Assembly (NCBI GenBank): GCA_963720755.1
Contig: CAVRGP010000001.1
Location: 71,968 to 135,967, forward strand
Length of the DNA stretch: 64,000 nucleotides
Reading direction: 5' to 3'
From: an uncultured Chloroflexia bacterium
GTDB taxonomy: Bacteria > Chloroflexota > Limnocylindria > Limnocylindrales > CSP1-4
Shown here in pieces: positions 20,060 through 33,878 of this stretch; the stretch's first letter is position 1, and every line of letters begins with the position of its first letter. The position numbers and the translations under genes are program-made. Under the pieces are notes generated by a model, which worked only from the letters and a program-made list of their open reading frames with translations, was not told the origin of the DNA and ran no database searches.

Positions 20060-21694
20060 ATGGCGAACAACGAGCGGGCGGGCCTGCCAGCCGACCCAAG
20101 CATGCTGGTCGATGTCGATCGGCTCGTCTCCGCGTATCACGACATCCGGCCGGATCCGTCAGATCCGACCCAACGGGTCGCCTTCGGGACGTCCGGACAT
20201 CGCGGCTCGGCGCTCGATGGCGCCTTCAACGACGCCCACATCGCCGCCACGACCGAAGCGATCTGTCGATACCGCGCAGAGCAAGCCATCGACGGACCGC
20301 TGTTCATCGGCCGCGACACGCACGCGCTGTCCGGGCCGGCGCTTGAAACCGCCCTCCAGGTCCTGGCCGCACATGGCGTCGATATCCGGATCGACTCGAG
20401 CGATGGGTACACCCCGACGCCCGCCGTCTCCCACGCCATCCTCGTCTACAACCGTGGTCGCCGACAGCGGCTGGCCGACGGGATCGTCGTGACGCCATCG
20501 CACAATCCACCCGAGGACGGCGGCTTCAAATACAACCCGCCGAACGGTGGACCGGCCGATACGGACGTCACTCGCTGGATCCAGGATGAGGCCAACCGGC
20601 TGCTCGAGGCGGATCTCGACGGCGTCGAGCGCGTGCCGGCCGAGCGGGCGCGCAGCGCGGCGACCCCCTACGATTTCGTGGCGACGTACGTCGAGGACCT
20701 CGCGAACGTCATCGACATGGACTCGATCCGTGACTCCGGTCTCCGCCTGGGCGTGGACCCGCTCGGCGGCGCCAGCGTCGCCTACTGGCCGGCCATCGGC
20801 GAGCGATACGGGCTGGACCTGACCATCACCAACGACCGGGTCGATCCACAGTTCGGGTTCATGACCTGTGACTGGGACGGACGGATCCGGATGGACCCAT
20901 CGTCGCCATACGCCATGGCCCGGCTGGTCGGGCTCCGCGACCGGTTCGACATCGCCTTCGCCAACGACACCGACGCCGACCGGCACGGGATCGTGGCCGC
21001 GGCGGCCGGACTGCTCAACCCCAACCATTTCCTGTCGGTCGCCGTCGGCCACCTGTTCGGCGGCGGTCGCGACTGGGGTCCCGGCGTCGCGGTCGGCAAG
21101 ACGCTCGTGTCGAGCGCCATGATCGACCGGGTGGCGGCCGACCTGGATCGCCGGCTGCTCGAGGTCCCGGTCGGGTTCAAGTGGTTCGTGTCCGGCCTGA
21201 TCGATGGCACCCTCGGGTTCGGAGGCGAAGAGAGTGCCGGAGCATCCTTCCTCCGCCGCGACGGGTCGGTTTGGACGACAGACAAGGACGGGATCATCGC
21301 ATGCCTCCTGGCCGCCGAGATGATGGCGCGGTCGGGTCGGGATCCTGGCGTCGCCTACACCGATCTCACGGCGCGTTTCGGGGCGCCGGTCTACCGTCGG
21401 ATCGATGCCCCCGCCACCCCTGACCAGAAGGAGGTCCTCGGACGGCTGTCGCCCGGCCAGGTGACGGCGAAGACGCTCGGCGGCGACCGCGTGACCGACA
21501 TCCTGACGACCGCGCCGGGCAACGGTGCCGCGATCGGCGGCATCAAGGTCATCACCGACCGCGGCTGGTTCGCGGCGCGACCGTCGGGCACGGAGAATGT
21601 CTACAAGATCTACGCCGAGAGCTTCGTCGATGGACCGCACCTGGAACGCATCCTCGAAGAGGCACAAGCCGTCGTCGGGAGGGCGCTCACGTGA
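20060..21694 (+). CDS. pgm: Phosphoglucomutase (alpha-D-glucose-1,6-bisphosphate dependent)
   Basis: FGTSGHRG, TPSHNPP (phosphoserine), NDTDADRHG, GGEESAG, RPSGTE..YKIYAESF. Confidence 0.95.
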   Translation: MANNERAGLPADPSMLVDVDRLVSAYHDIRPDPSDPTQRVAFGTSGHRGSALDGAFNDAHIAATTEAICRYRAEQAIDGPLFIGRDTHALSGPALETALQVLAAHGVDIRIDSSDGYTPTPAVSHAILVYNRGRRQRLADGIVVTPSHNPPEDGGFKYNPPNGGPADTDVTRWIQDEANRLLEADLDGVERVPAERARSAATPYDFVATYVEDLANVIDMDSIRDSGLRLGVDPLGGASVAYWPAIGERYGLDLTITNDRVDPQFGFMTCDWDGRIRMDPSSPYAMARLVGLRDRFDIAFANDTDADRHGIVAAAAGLLNPNHFLSVAVGHLFGGGRDWGPGVAVGKTLVSSAMIDRVAADLDRRLLEVPVGFKWFVSGLIDGTLGFGGEESAGASFLRRDGSVWTTDKDGIIACLLAAEMMARSGRDPGVAYTDLTARFGAPVYRRIDAPATPDQKEVLGRLSPGQVTAKTLGGDRVTDILTTAPGNGAAIGGIKVITDRGWFAARPSGTENVYKIYAESFVDGPHLERILEEAQAVVGRALT

Positions 21695-22263
21695 CCGATC
21701 ACCACCATGACCATGAAACGTACGCCGAGCAGGTCGAGGCCTTTCGGCGCGACAAGGACCAATTCTTCCAGGGCTCGCCGGCCAGCCCGATCCCGCACGA
21801 CCTCCGCCACGACTTCACCGGGCTGCCCTATTTCCCGGTCGACGAGGCATTCCGTTTCGAGGGTCTCCCGCTCGAGCCATACGCCGGCGACGAGCCATCG
21901 GCCTTCCAGATCCCGACCTCCGACGGACGACTTCGACCGGCGCACCGGGCGGGGACATTCACCTTCGAGCGCGGTGGCGCCCCGCGCCGATTGACCGCCT
22001 ACGTCCTGGATGGCGGGAGTGCCGAGTCGCTGTTCGTGCCGTTCCTCGATGGAACGAGCGGCCAGGAGACGTACGGCGCGGGCCGGTACCTGGACATCGA
22101 GGTCGAACCTGACGACACGTACGTCATCGACTTCAACCTGGCCTACCACCCGTACTGCGTCTACTCGCCGACCTACTCGTGCCCGCTGACGCCGGCGGAG
22201 AACCGCCTGCCGATCCGGATCGAGGCCGGCGAGCGGCTACCCGAGGACGACGCCGGTCACTGA
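21691..22263 (+). CDS. DUF1684 family protein
   Basis: LFVPFLD.TSGQETYGAGRYL, DFNLAYHPYCVY..YSCPL..ENRL...IEAGE. Confidence 0.9.
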   Translation: MTDHHHDHETYAEQVEAFRRDKDQFFQGSPASPIPHDLRHDFTGLPYFPVDEAFRFEGLPLEPYAGDEPSAFQIPTSDGRLRPAHRAGTFTFERGGAPRRLTAYVLDGGSAESLFVPFLDGTSGQETYGAGRYLDIEVEPDDTYVIDFNLAYHPYCVYSPTYSCPLTPAENRLPIRIEAGERLPEDDAGH

Positions 22264-23911
22264 CCGAGGGCGAGCGACGCATCGCACCGTGCGGCTACGG
22301 TCGCACGGTGCGAGACCACGATCGTCGTCCGTCCCCGCATGAACGGGGCCAGCGCGTCCATCAGTTCGCCTTCGGTGGCGACGTCGAGGTTGGCCGTCGC
22401 CTCGTCCAGGATCAGGATCGGCGCGTCCTTGATGATCGCTCGAGCGATGGCGATCCGCTGACGTTCGCCGCCACTCAACAACAGGCCGTTCTCTCCGACC
22501 CGGGTCTCGTACCCGGCCGGCAGCGACTCGATGAAGTCGTGGACGCGAGCCATCCGGCAGGCGGCCACGATCCGCTCGTCGGTCACGTCCGCGTCGGCGA
22601 CTGCCAGGTTGTCCCGGATCGTGCCGTTGAACAGGTGGACCTCCTGGGCCACGACGCCGAGCATCGCCCGGAGCTGCTCGACGGGATAGGCCCGAAGATC
22701 GTGACCACCGATCCGGACGTCACCGGCCTCGTACTCCCAGAACCGGAGCAGAACGTTCACCAGCGTCGACTTGCCCGAGCCGCTCGGTCCGACGACGGCC
22801 AGGCTCGTGCCGCTCGGCACCGACAGGTCCAGCCCGGCGAAGACGACCGGTTCCTCCGGGCCATAGCGGAAGGTGAGGCCGCGGATCTCGATCCCGTGGT
22901 CAGCGGGCACGATGGCGGACGGGATGGCGTCGCCGGCGTCCGCTCGCCCTGGGGTCGCCGATGGGGTCTCGGTCAGCTCGAACAGGCGACTGGCTGCAGC
23001 CGAATCGACTTCCTGCAACGCGAATGCCTGGGAGAGCGGGCCGATGACCTCGAAACAGGCCACGGCCGCAAGCGGGAGCAGCGCGAGGTAGACCCCGTCG
23101 AGACGATCCGTGGCCACGAGCTGGGCGCCGACAGCGAGGATCGTCACTCCGGCAAGGCTGGCGAAGGTGACCGCGAGCGCATCGGTGAGCGCACGGACGG
23201 TCGCCTGCCGGTCGATCGCCCGATCGACCGCGAGGCCGACCTCGAGGAGTCGGTCGCGGTGGGCGGCCCCACGGTCGAGCACGACGAGGTCCGGCAACCC
23301 CTGGATCTCGTCGACGAGCATCGCACCGAACTCCCCCCGCAGGGCGATCTGGTCGGCGGCGGCCAGTTTCGTGAGTCGCCGGGAAAGGATGGCAGGACGA
23401 CGCCCGTGACCACGAGGAAGACGATCAGGATGAAACCCAGGCCGGGATCGAACGCACCGAGCAGGATGCCACCGAACGCGGTGACGGCTGCCGCGACGAC
23501 GGGCGGGACGAGGACGCGGACATAGAAATCCTCGAGCGTGTCGATGTCGGCGACGATCCGGGCAAGCAGGTCGCCACTCCGACGGTCTGCGAGCCGGGCC
23601 GGGGCGAGCGGTTCGATCGAGGCATAGAACCAGACCCGAAGGTCGGTCAGGATCTCGAACGTCGCCCGGTGCGTGACGTACCGCTCGAGGTACCGGAAGG
23701 CAGCCCGGCCGATGGCCAGGACTCGCACCCCGGTAATGGCCAGGGCGACCTCCGCCACGTTCGAGACGAGCGCGGCCTTGGAGATCAGGTAGGCGGACAG
23801 GGCCATCAGGGCCACGTTTGCGCCGACCGCCACGAACGCCAGCAGCGCCCCGATCGCGATCCACCGGCGGCGCCCGGCCATCAGTTCGAGCAGCCGTCCG
23901 AAGGTCGTCAT
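22257..23911 (-). CDS. cydC: Thiol reductant ABC exporter subunit CydC, interrupted by a 1-nt frameshift near 23391
   Basis: N-half (AFRYLERYVTH, SGDLLARIVADIDTLE) is in ORF 23144..24919 and C-half (GPSGSGKST, LSGGERQR, LDEATA) is in ORF 22257..24014. Junction reads ctg cc atc. Confidence 0.88.
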
Positions 23912-25605
23912 GCGACGACGTCCGGATCGGTCTCGGCGGCGGCCAGCAACCGGGCGTATGCGCCGCCCGCACCGGCGAGCACCTCGGGCGCCCCGGTTTC
24001 GACGACCAGCCCACGCTCGAGCACGATCACGACGTCGGCCACGTCGACGAGGCGCAACCGGTGGGCGACCACGATGACGATCCTGTCCGCGGCGAGGCGA
24101 ACGGCGGCATCGCGGATGACCGTCTCGCTGGCATGGTCGAGGTGGGACGTCGCCTCGTCGAGGATGACCAGGCCTGCGTCCGCCAGGAAGGCGCGAGCGA
24201 GGGCGATCCGCTGCCGTTGGCCACCGCTCAGACGAGCCCCGTCCTCGCCGACCGCGGTCCCGTACCCGTCGGGCAAGTCGCCGATGAATCCGTCCGCACC
24301 GGCCTGGCGGGCAGCCGCACGGACCTGGTCGTCGTCGGCGTCCGGTCTGACCAGTCGGATGTTGTCGGCCACCGTCCCGTGGAACAGGTGCGGCCGCTGC
24401 GGGACCCAGGCCACATGGGCTCGCCACGCGGAGAGATCGACGTTCGCCAGCGGGACACCATCGACGAGGATCGCCCCCTGGTCCGGCGCGATGAACCGGA
24501 GCAGCAGGCTCGCCAGGGTCGTCTTGCCGGCACCGGTGGCGCCGACGATCGCGACCAGCTGGCCCGGCCGCAGGTGCACGTCGACATGCCGCAGCGCAGC
24601 CTCGGTCCGGCCCGGGTACGTGTAGCCAACATCGGTCACGTCGATCTCTGCCCGACGCCTCACCGGGGCGGTGGAGGCAGCCACGTCGGTCTCGGAACGA
24701 CCATCCGCCGGCCTGGCGTCCAGGACCGTCATGGCTCGCTCCGCGACGGCGCGCCCGGCGGCCCCGGCGTGATAGCGGGTGGCCAGCTGACGCAGCGGCA
24801 GGAAGAATTCCGGGACGATGATCAGGACGGCGAGCGCCCGGTCGAACTCGATCTGACCCGCCATCAGGCGGAGGCTGATCTCGACGGCAACGAGGGCAAC
24901 GGCGACCGCACCACCCCACTCGAGAACGAGCGAGGTCTGGAATGCGGTCCGGAGGACTTCCATCGTCGTATCGCCGTAGCGCCGGCTGATCGTCCGGATG
25001 TTGTCGACCTGCTCCTCGCTCCGGCCGAACATCTTGAGGGTCGCCATGCCCTGGAGCATGTCGAGGAAGAAGGCGCTCAGCCAGCGGACCTCGGCGAATC
25101 GCCGCTCGGTGATCGACCGGGTCCGCCCGCCGATCACCGCGAGCAGCAGGATCAGGATCGGACCGGTGACGATGAGGACGAGGGTCGTCGGCGGATCGAT
25201 GAGCAGGATCGCCACGAGCACGAGCAGCGGGACGGCGACCGCGAGTGACCGGGCGGGGTGGAACGATGTCAGGTAGTCGTCGAGCGCCGTCATCCCGTCG
25301 GTCGCGAGACTTGTCAGCTCGCCACTGCGCTCGCGCCCGACCCAGCCGGGACCGAGCCTGAACAGCTGGGCGGTGAGGTCCCCCCTCAGCCGGCCCTTGA
25401 CCCGTCGGGCCGCCGTCTGGGACGACCGGTCGGACGCGGCCGACAGCACGCCTCGCACGAGCGCGAGGGCCGCGATCGTGGCGAGTGCCGGAACGACCGA
25501 CGCGAAGGGCGCCCCCGCGAGGAAGATCGAGCTGACGATGTGGCTGGCCAGGTAGGCCTGGACCACCACCACGATGGCAGCGCAGAACCCCAGGGCGACG
25601 GCCAA
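23908..25605 (-). CDS. cydD: Thiol reductant ABC exporter subunit CydD
   Basis: FLDMLQGMATLKMFG, TMEVLRTAF, PEFFLPLRQL...YHA, GATGAGKTT, LSGGQRQR. Start position uncertain. Confidence 0.9.
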   Translation of the reverse strand: MAVALGFCAAIVVVVQAYLASHIVSSIFLAGAPFASVVPALATIAALALVRGVLSAASDRSSQTAARRVKGRLRGDLTAQLFRLGPGWVGRERSGELTSLATDGMTALDDYLTSFHPARSLAVAVPLLVLVAILLIDPPTTLVLIVTGPILILLLAVIGGRTRSITERRFAEVRWLSAFFLDMLQGMATLKMFGRSEEQVDNIRTISRRYGDTTMEVLRTAFQTSLVLEWGGAVAVALVAVEISLRLMAGQIEFDRALAVLIIVPEFFLPLRQLATRYHAGAAGRAVAERAMTVLDARPADGRSETDVAASTAPVRRRAEIDVTDVGYTYPGRTEAALRHVDVHLRPGQLVAIVGATGAGKTTLASLLLRFIAPDQGAILVDGVPLANVDLSAWRAHVAWVPQRPHLFHGTVADNIRLVRPDADDDQVRAAARQAGADGFIGDLPDGYGTAVGEDGARLSGGQRQRIALARAFLADAGLVILDEATSHLDHASETVIRDAAVRLAADRIVIVVAHRLRLVDVADVVIVLERGLVVETGAPEVLAGAGGAYARLLAAAETDPDVVA

Positions 25606-25705
25606 TCCGAGGAGGCGTCCTGCGCCCGGAGCGATCGCGATGATCCGACTCGGGGCCGAGTCGATCTCGCCCTGGCCCGGCCCGACCGCGCGCCGACCGA
25701 GGGCC

Positions 25706-26725
25706 CTAATAAGAGTGGGTGTCGACGACGGTCTTGCCCCGGAAGATGAAATAGACGCCGGCCGTGTACAGGAGCACGAACGGCATCCCGATGAGGGCGA
25801 TGATCAGGGCGACGGTCAGGGTATTGTCGGCCGAGGCTGCGTTGTAGATGGTCAGGCTGTACGCAGGGTCGAGCGTGGACGGGATGAGATCCGGATAGAG
25901 CCCGATCCCGCCGGAGATGAGCAGCAACCCGATCATCGCCGAGGAGCACAGGAACGCCGGGAACGCACGTCCCGCTCGGATCAGCCGCCAGGCGCCCCCG
26001 AGCGCGACGAGCGCAAGGGCCGGGAAGATCACCGGCCAGATGTCCTGGGTGTACCGCTCGGTGATCTGCTGCTGGACGAGGATCATCGCGATGACCACCA
26101 GGGTATTGAGCACGAAGAAGGCGACCATCAGGCGGGGCACGGTCCGGGCGATCCGATCGTGGAGCTCACCCTCGGTCTTCATCAGCAGATAGATCCCGCC
26201 CTGGACCATGAACATGGCCACCGTCGTCACGCCGACGAGGAGGGCGAACGGCGTGAGCAGGCCGATGAGACCGGTCGAGATGTTGCCGTCCGCATCGACC
26301 GGCAGGCCGGAGACCACGCTGCCGAAGGCCACCCCGAGCAGGAGCGCGAGCCCGAGCGAGGCGCCGCCGAAGACGACGTCCCAGGTGCTCCGCCAACGTC
26401 CACCCGGCTCCTTGGACCGGAACTCGAGGGCGACGGTTCGGAGGATGAGCACGAGCAGGACGAGCATGAACGCGGTGTACAGGCCGGAGAACAGCGATGC
26501 ATAGGCGAGCGGGAAGACGGCGAACAGGACGCCGCCACCAAGGACCAGCCAGACCTCGTTGCCGTCCCAGACCGGGCCGATGCTGTTGAGGAACGTCCGC
26601 CGCTCGACATCGGTCCGCGCCAGCGGCAGGAGGAGGATGCCGACCCCCATGTCGAACCCGTCGAGGATCAGATAGCCGGCGATGATGACGAGGAACAACA
26701 CGAACCAGATGTCGTTGAGGCTCAT
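25706..26725 (-). CDS. cydB: Cytochrome bd ubiquinol oxidase subunit II
   Basis: YLILDGFDMGVG, IGPVWDGNEVWL, LRTVALEFR. Confidence 0.96.
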   Translation of the reverse strand: MSLNDIWFVLFLVIIAGYLILDGFDMGVGILLLPLARTDVERRTFLNSIGPVWDGNEVWLVLGGGVLFAVFPLAYASLFSGLYTAFMLVLLVLILRTVALEFRSKEPGGRWRSTWDVVFGGASLGLALLLGVAFGSVVSGLPVDADGNISTGLIGLLTPFALLVGVTTVAMFMVQGGIYLLMKTEGELHDRIARTVPRLMVAFFVLNTLVVIAMILVQQQITERYTQDIWPVIFPALALVALGGAWRLIRAGRAFPAFLCSSAMIGLLLISGGIGLYPDLIPSTLDPAYSLTIYNAASADNTLTVALIIALIGMPFVLLYTAGVYFIFRGKTVVDTHSY

Positions 26726-28132
26726 TCCACTTCTCCGAGGTCGGCTGCGTGGCCCCGTCGACTGAAGATGTCCCGGAACGTGTCGGGCAGGCTGCCCACG
26801 TCCGCGGTCTCGACGTCCTCGAGCGGCTCAGGACCTTCCTGGATCTTTCGATTGAGCAGGTAGAGGAACAGGACCAGAAGGAGCGAGTAGAGCAGGATGA
26901 ACACGCCGAGCGAGAAGACGACGTCGACCACGCCGAGGATCGGCGACACGCCGTCAGCCGTCGCGAGGACGTTGTAGACGACCCACGGCTGGCGTCCGAT
27001 CTCCGCGGTCCACCAGCCCGCCGTGATCGCCGCCTCGCCCATGAACACGGTGATGACCAGGAGCGACAGGGTGAGGCGTGACTCGAACAGCCGCCGTCTC
27101 CACAGGTACATCAATCCGCCGAGCAACCCGATCGGGACGAGCAGCGATCCGACGCCCAGCATGAAGTGATAGACCTGGAACAGCAGGCTCACGGGCGGGA
27201 TCGGGGCCGGCGCGAACGAGTCGATCCCCTGGACCGTCGCGTTGATGTCCTGGTAGGCGAGGAAACTCAACAGGCATGGGATGGAGATCCCGGTCGTCGT
27301 CTGGGTCGCCACGTCGACCGTGCCGACGAGGTACATCGGGGCGCACGAGGTGCTCTGCCACAGCCCTTCCATCGAGGCGAGCTTGAGTGGCTGCTCGTTG
27401 GTCACTTCGATCGCCTGGTTCGGGCCGAAGATCAGGATGTTGGCAGTGGCGAACAGGATGAACGCCGGCAGCGCGACCTTGAGGTTGGACTTCGCGAGTT
27501 CCAGGTGCTTCTTCTTGAGGATGTACCAGGCGCTCACGCTCATCATCAGGGCCGCCCCGACCGTCCACGAGGCTGCGAAGACGTGGAGCAGCCTGGGCAT
27601 GAACGACGGGGTGAAGACCACCTGCCAGAAATCGGTCATGACCGCCCGCGCGGGGGCGGGGTCGGTGGCGATGGTAAATCCGGCCGGCGTCTGCATCCAG
27701 GAGTTGGCCATGATGATCCACAGGGCGCTGAAGTGGGCTCCGAACACGACCATGAAGATCGAGAACAACCACAGGCGCGGGCCCAGCCGATTGCCGCCGA
27801 AGAGCATCAGGCCGAGGAACCCGCCCTCCAGGAAGAAGGCGAACACCCCTTCCGCGGCGAGCAGGCTGCCGAACACGTTGCCGACGAACCGGGAGTAGTC
27901 GGCCCAGTTCATCCCGAACTCGAACTCCTGGACGACGCCGGTCGCCACGCCGAGGGCGAAGATGAGGCCATACACCTTGACCCAGAAGAACGACAGGCGG
28001 CGCCACTTCGGGTCCTTGGTCCGGACGTAGATGATCCCGAGGATCACGAGCATCAGGCCGAGTCCCATGGACAGCGGCGGGAAGATGAAATGGAAGCTGG
28101 CGGTCAGCGCGAATTGCGCTCGTGACAGCGTC

Positions 28133-28143
<11 letters not shown>
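26722..28143 (-). CDS. cydA: Cytochrome bd ubiquinol oxidase subunit I
   Basis: FHFIFPP, GVATG..EFEFG, ANSWMQTP, QPLKLASMEG, EIGRQPW. Confidence 0.96.
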
Positions 28144-30900
<2,757 letters not shown>

Positions 30901-30904
<4 letters not shown>

Positions 30905-33039
30905 GCATCCCTCCCGGCTGCTCCGGCCCGCGTTCGTCGGATACCCAACAGGACGACCGACCGAGCTTCAGCTCGGTAGGTGGTCGACCCGACGATGGTG
31001 GCCCGGGCGGGGTCGAGGGCGATATCGTCGGGCGCCTCCAGGCTCGTGTCGATCACCCGACGCCACCCGTCGGCCGGCACGTCAGGGATGGGGAGCTCGA
31101 AGTCGAGCGACTCCCAGTAGGCATTGAGGATGAGATGGAGTGCGACCGGGTCGGCCTCGATCGTCATCGCGAGACTGCGGGAGTCGGGGGCCAGATCGGG
31201 CTCGCCCAGGCGGACGCCACTCCAGCGGATCGATGCACCCCGCAGCAGGTCCAGGAGATCCAGGTCCGGCGGGAGGTCCAGGACGCTGGCGATGCCGCGC
31301 CGAAGTCGGATGAGGCCAGTGGTGAACCGGAGGATGTCGGCGTGGCGATCCGGTCCGGTCCAGTCGAACCACGTCGTCGGATCGGCGTGGGCATAGCCGT
31401 TGTTGTTGCCGCCCTGGGTGCGCCGGACCTCATCACCCATGGTCAGCATCGGCGTCCCGAGCGCGAGCAGGTCGAGTGTCAGGAAATTCCGGATCTGGCG
31501 GCAGCGCAGGGCCTCGATCACGGGATCGTCGGTCGGTCCCTCCGTGCCGCAGTTCCAACTCAGGTTCTGATCGCTGCCATCCCGGTTGTCTTCGCCGTTG
31601 GCCTCGTTGTGCTTGTGGTCATAGGTCACCAGGTCGTTGAGCGTGAACCCGTCATGGCAGGTCACGAAGTTGATGCTGGCGCCCGGTTCCCGTCGTTTGT
31701 GCCCATAGATATCCGGGCTGCCGAGGAACCGCTGACCGATCGCCCGGACCGACCCGGGATCACCTTTGACGAACGCGCGGACATCGTCGCGAAACCGGCC
31801 ATTCCACTCGGACCAGCGATCGCCGACGAAGGAGCCCACCTCGTACAGGCCGCCGGCGTCCCACGCTTCAGCGATGAGCTTCGTACCCGCCAGGACCGGA
31901 TCCGTCTCGATATCCCAGAGGGTCGGCGGATCCGCCATCGGCTGGCCGGCCTCGTCCCGGGACAGGACGGCGGCGAGGTCGAACCTGAACCCGTCGACAT
32001 GCATCTCCTCGACCCAGTAGCGCAGGCTGTCGAGGATGAGCCGACGGACGATCGACCCGTTCGCATCGAGGGTGTTCCCGCAGCCGCTGTCATCGACATA
32101 GGACCCGTTCGCATCGAGCAGGTAGTAGTCGTCGTTGGCGAGGCCGCGGAACGAGATCGTCGGACCATCCGCGCCGGCTTCGGCCGTGTGGTTGAAGACG
32201 ACATCGAGGATGACCTCGATGTTCGCCCGGTGGAGCGCCTTGACCAGGTCACGGAACTCGTCGACCGCGGTCGCGTCCCCGGGCCGGCTGGCATAGGGCT
32301 GGTGGGGAGCGAAGAAGCCGACCGGCTGATAGCCCCAGTAGTTGGTGAGACCGGCCGGGGCAGCCAGCGGGTCGAACGCGAAGACGGGCAGGAGTTCGAC
32401 CGCCGTGATCCCGAGGTCGACGAGATACGGGATCTTGTCAATGAACCCGGCATACGTGCCGCGTCGCTCGGGCGCGACGCCGGAGTCCGGGTGCGCCGTG
32501 AAACCGGCGACGTGCGCCTCGTAGATGATCGTGTCGCGGAGCGAGTGACCGAGTGGCCGGTCACCCTCCCAGTCGTACAGACCGGGATCGATCACGACGC
32601 TCTTCATGGCGGACGCGATCGCTGGACGATCGCCGGGCCCGTTGCGCCGGTACCCGGACGGGATCGCGACCGCCCGGCCATACGGATCGAGCAGGACCCG
32701 ATCCTGGTCGAAGCGAAGGCCATGGGCCGGATCCCACGGTCCGCGTGCCATGTACGCGTACACCTGGCCCGGGCCGATGCCGGAGACCCGCACGTGCCAA
32801 TAGTCGGTCGTCCAATTCGTTCGGGGATCGAGTGTGATCACTCTGGCCGGGCCCGGATCGTCCACTGATCGGAACAGGAGCAGATCCAGGCCGGTGGCGC
32901 GTTTCGCGTAGACCGTGAAATCCACGCCGCCTGCGCTGACGTGCGCGCCGAGCCGCGTCGGCCGTCCGGGTTCCTCGACCGGCAGGTTCGCGACCTCGGC
33001 CGGATCTGGAGCTTCGTGCCGCCGGACGACCGTGGCCAC
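30901..33039 (-). CDS. glgX: Glycogen debranching enzyme/isoamylase (GH13, CBM48)
   Basis: NYWGY, DVVFNHTAE, DGFRFDLA, IAEAWD, CHDGFTLNDLV. Confidence 0.94.
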
Positions 33040-33042
33040 GGT

Positions 33043-33810
33043 CTACAGTCCCACGCTCGCCTGCATCATCCCGCCGTCGGCCACGAACGTCGTCGCCGTG
33101 CTGTAGGTCGCCTGGTCGGACGCGAGGAAGGCGACCAACTTGGCGATCTCCTCGGGTTCCGCCACCCGCCCGATCGGGATCGCGCTCTCGAGCTTCGCCT
33201 TCGCGACCGGGTCGGACAGGGTGACCTCGTCGATCGGGGTGTGCACCGCACCGGGCGCGACCCCGACGACCGTGATCCCATGCGGCGCGAGTTCCACGCC
33301 GGCGGTCCGCGTCAGCATCCGGACGCCGCCCTTGGCGAGACAGTAGGGCGCGTTCCCGGGCATCGGCCAATCCTCATGGATCGACGAGATGTTGATGATC
33401 CGGCCTCCGCCCCCCTGGGCGATCATCTGCTTCGCCGCGAGCTGGACACCGAAGAACGCGCTCTTGAGATCGATCGCGATCACCATGTCGAACTGGCGCT
33501 CGGTCGTGTCGAGGGTCGAGCTGCGGGTCTCCATGCCGGCGTTGTTGACGAGGATGTCGAGCCGGCCGAAGGCTGCGACCGTCCCGTCGACGAGCTTCTG
33601 GATGTCCGCGATGCTGGACACGTCGGCCTGGATGACCTGGGCTCGTCCGCCGGCGTCCTCGATCTCCTTCTTGGTGGCGATCGCCGCATCCTCGTTCTTG
33701 TGATAGTTGATCGTCACCGCAGCCCCCTGGCGAGCGAGTTCCAGCGCGATCGCGCGGCCGATGCCGCTATCGCTGCCGGTGACGATGGCAGCCTTGTTGG
33801 CGAGTGACAT
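33043..33810 (-). CDS. SDR family oxidoreductase, glucose 1-dehydrogenase-like
   Basis: TGSDSGIG, NNAG, SSIHE..P, YCLAKGG, PGAV.TPI. Confidence 0.85.
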   Translation of the reverse strand: MSLANKAAIVTGSDSGIGRAIALELARQGAAVTINYHKNEDAAIATKKEIEDAGGRAQVIQADVSSIADIQKLVDGTVAAFGRLDILVNNAGMETRSSTLDTTERQFDMVIAIDLKSAFFGVQLAAKQMIAQGGGGRIINISSIHEDWPMPGNAPYCLAKGGVRMLTRTAGVELAPHGITVVGVAPGAVHTPIDEVTLSDPVAKAKLESAIPIGRVAEPEEIAKLVAFLASDQATYSTATTFVADGGMMQASVGL

Positions 33811-33878
33811 CCGAGCTTCCTCCTCCTGCGGTTCCCGTGGGACCGCGACTCACAAACGAACGACGACGGCCCCGATCT

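Noticed and set aside
23380-23400. Programmed ribosomal frameshifting in cydC (also considered for htrA and the PRTase)
   Set aside because: There is no convincing slippery heptamer plus stimulatory structure, these families are not known to me to be recoded, and three scattered indels fit sequencing error better.
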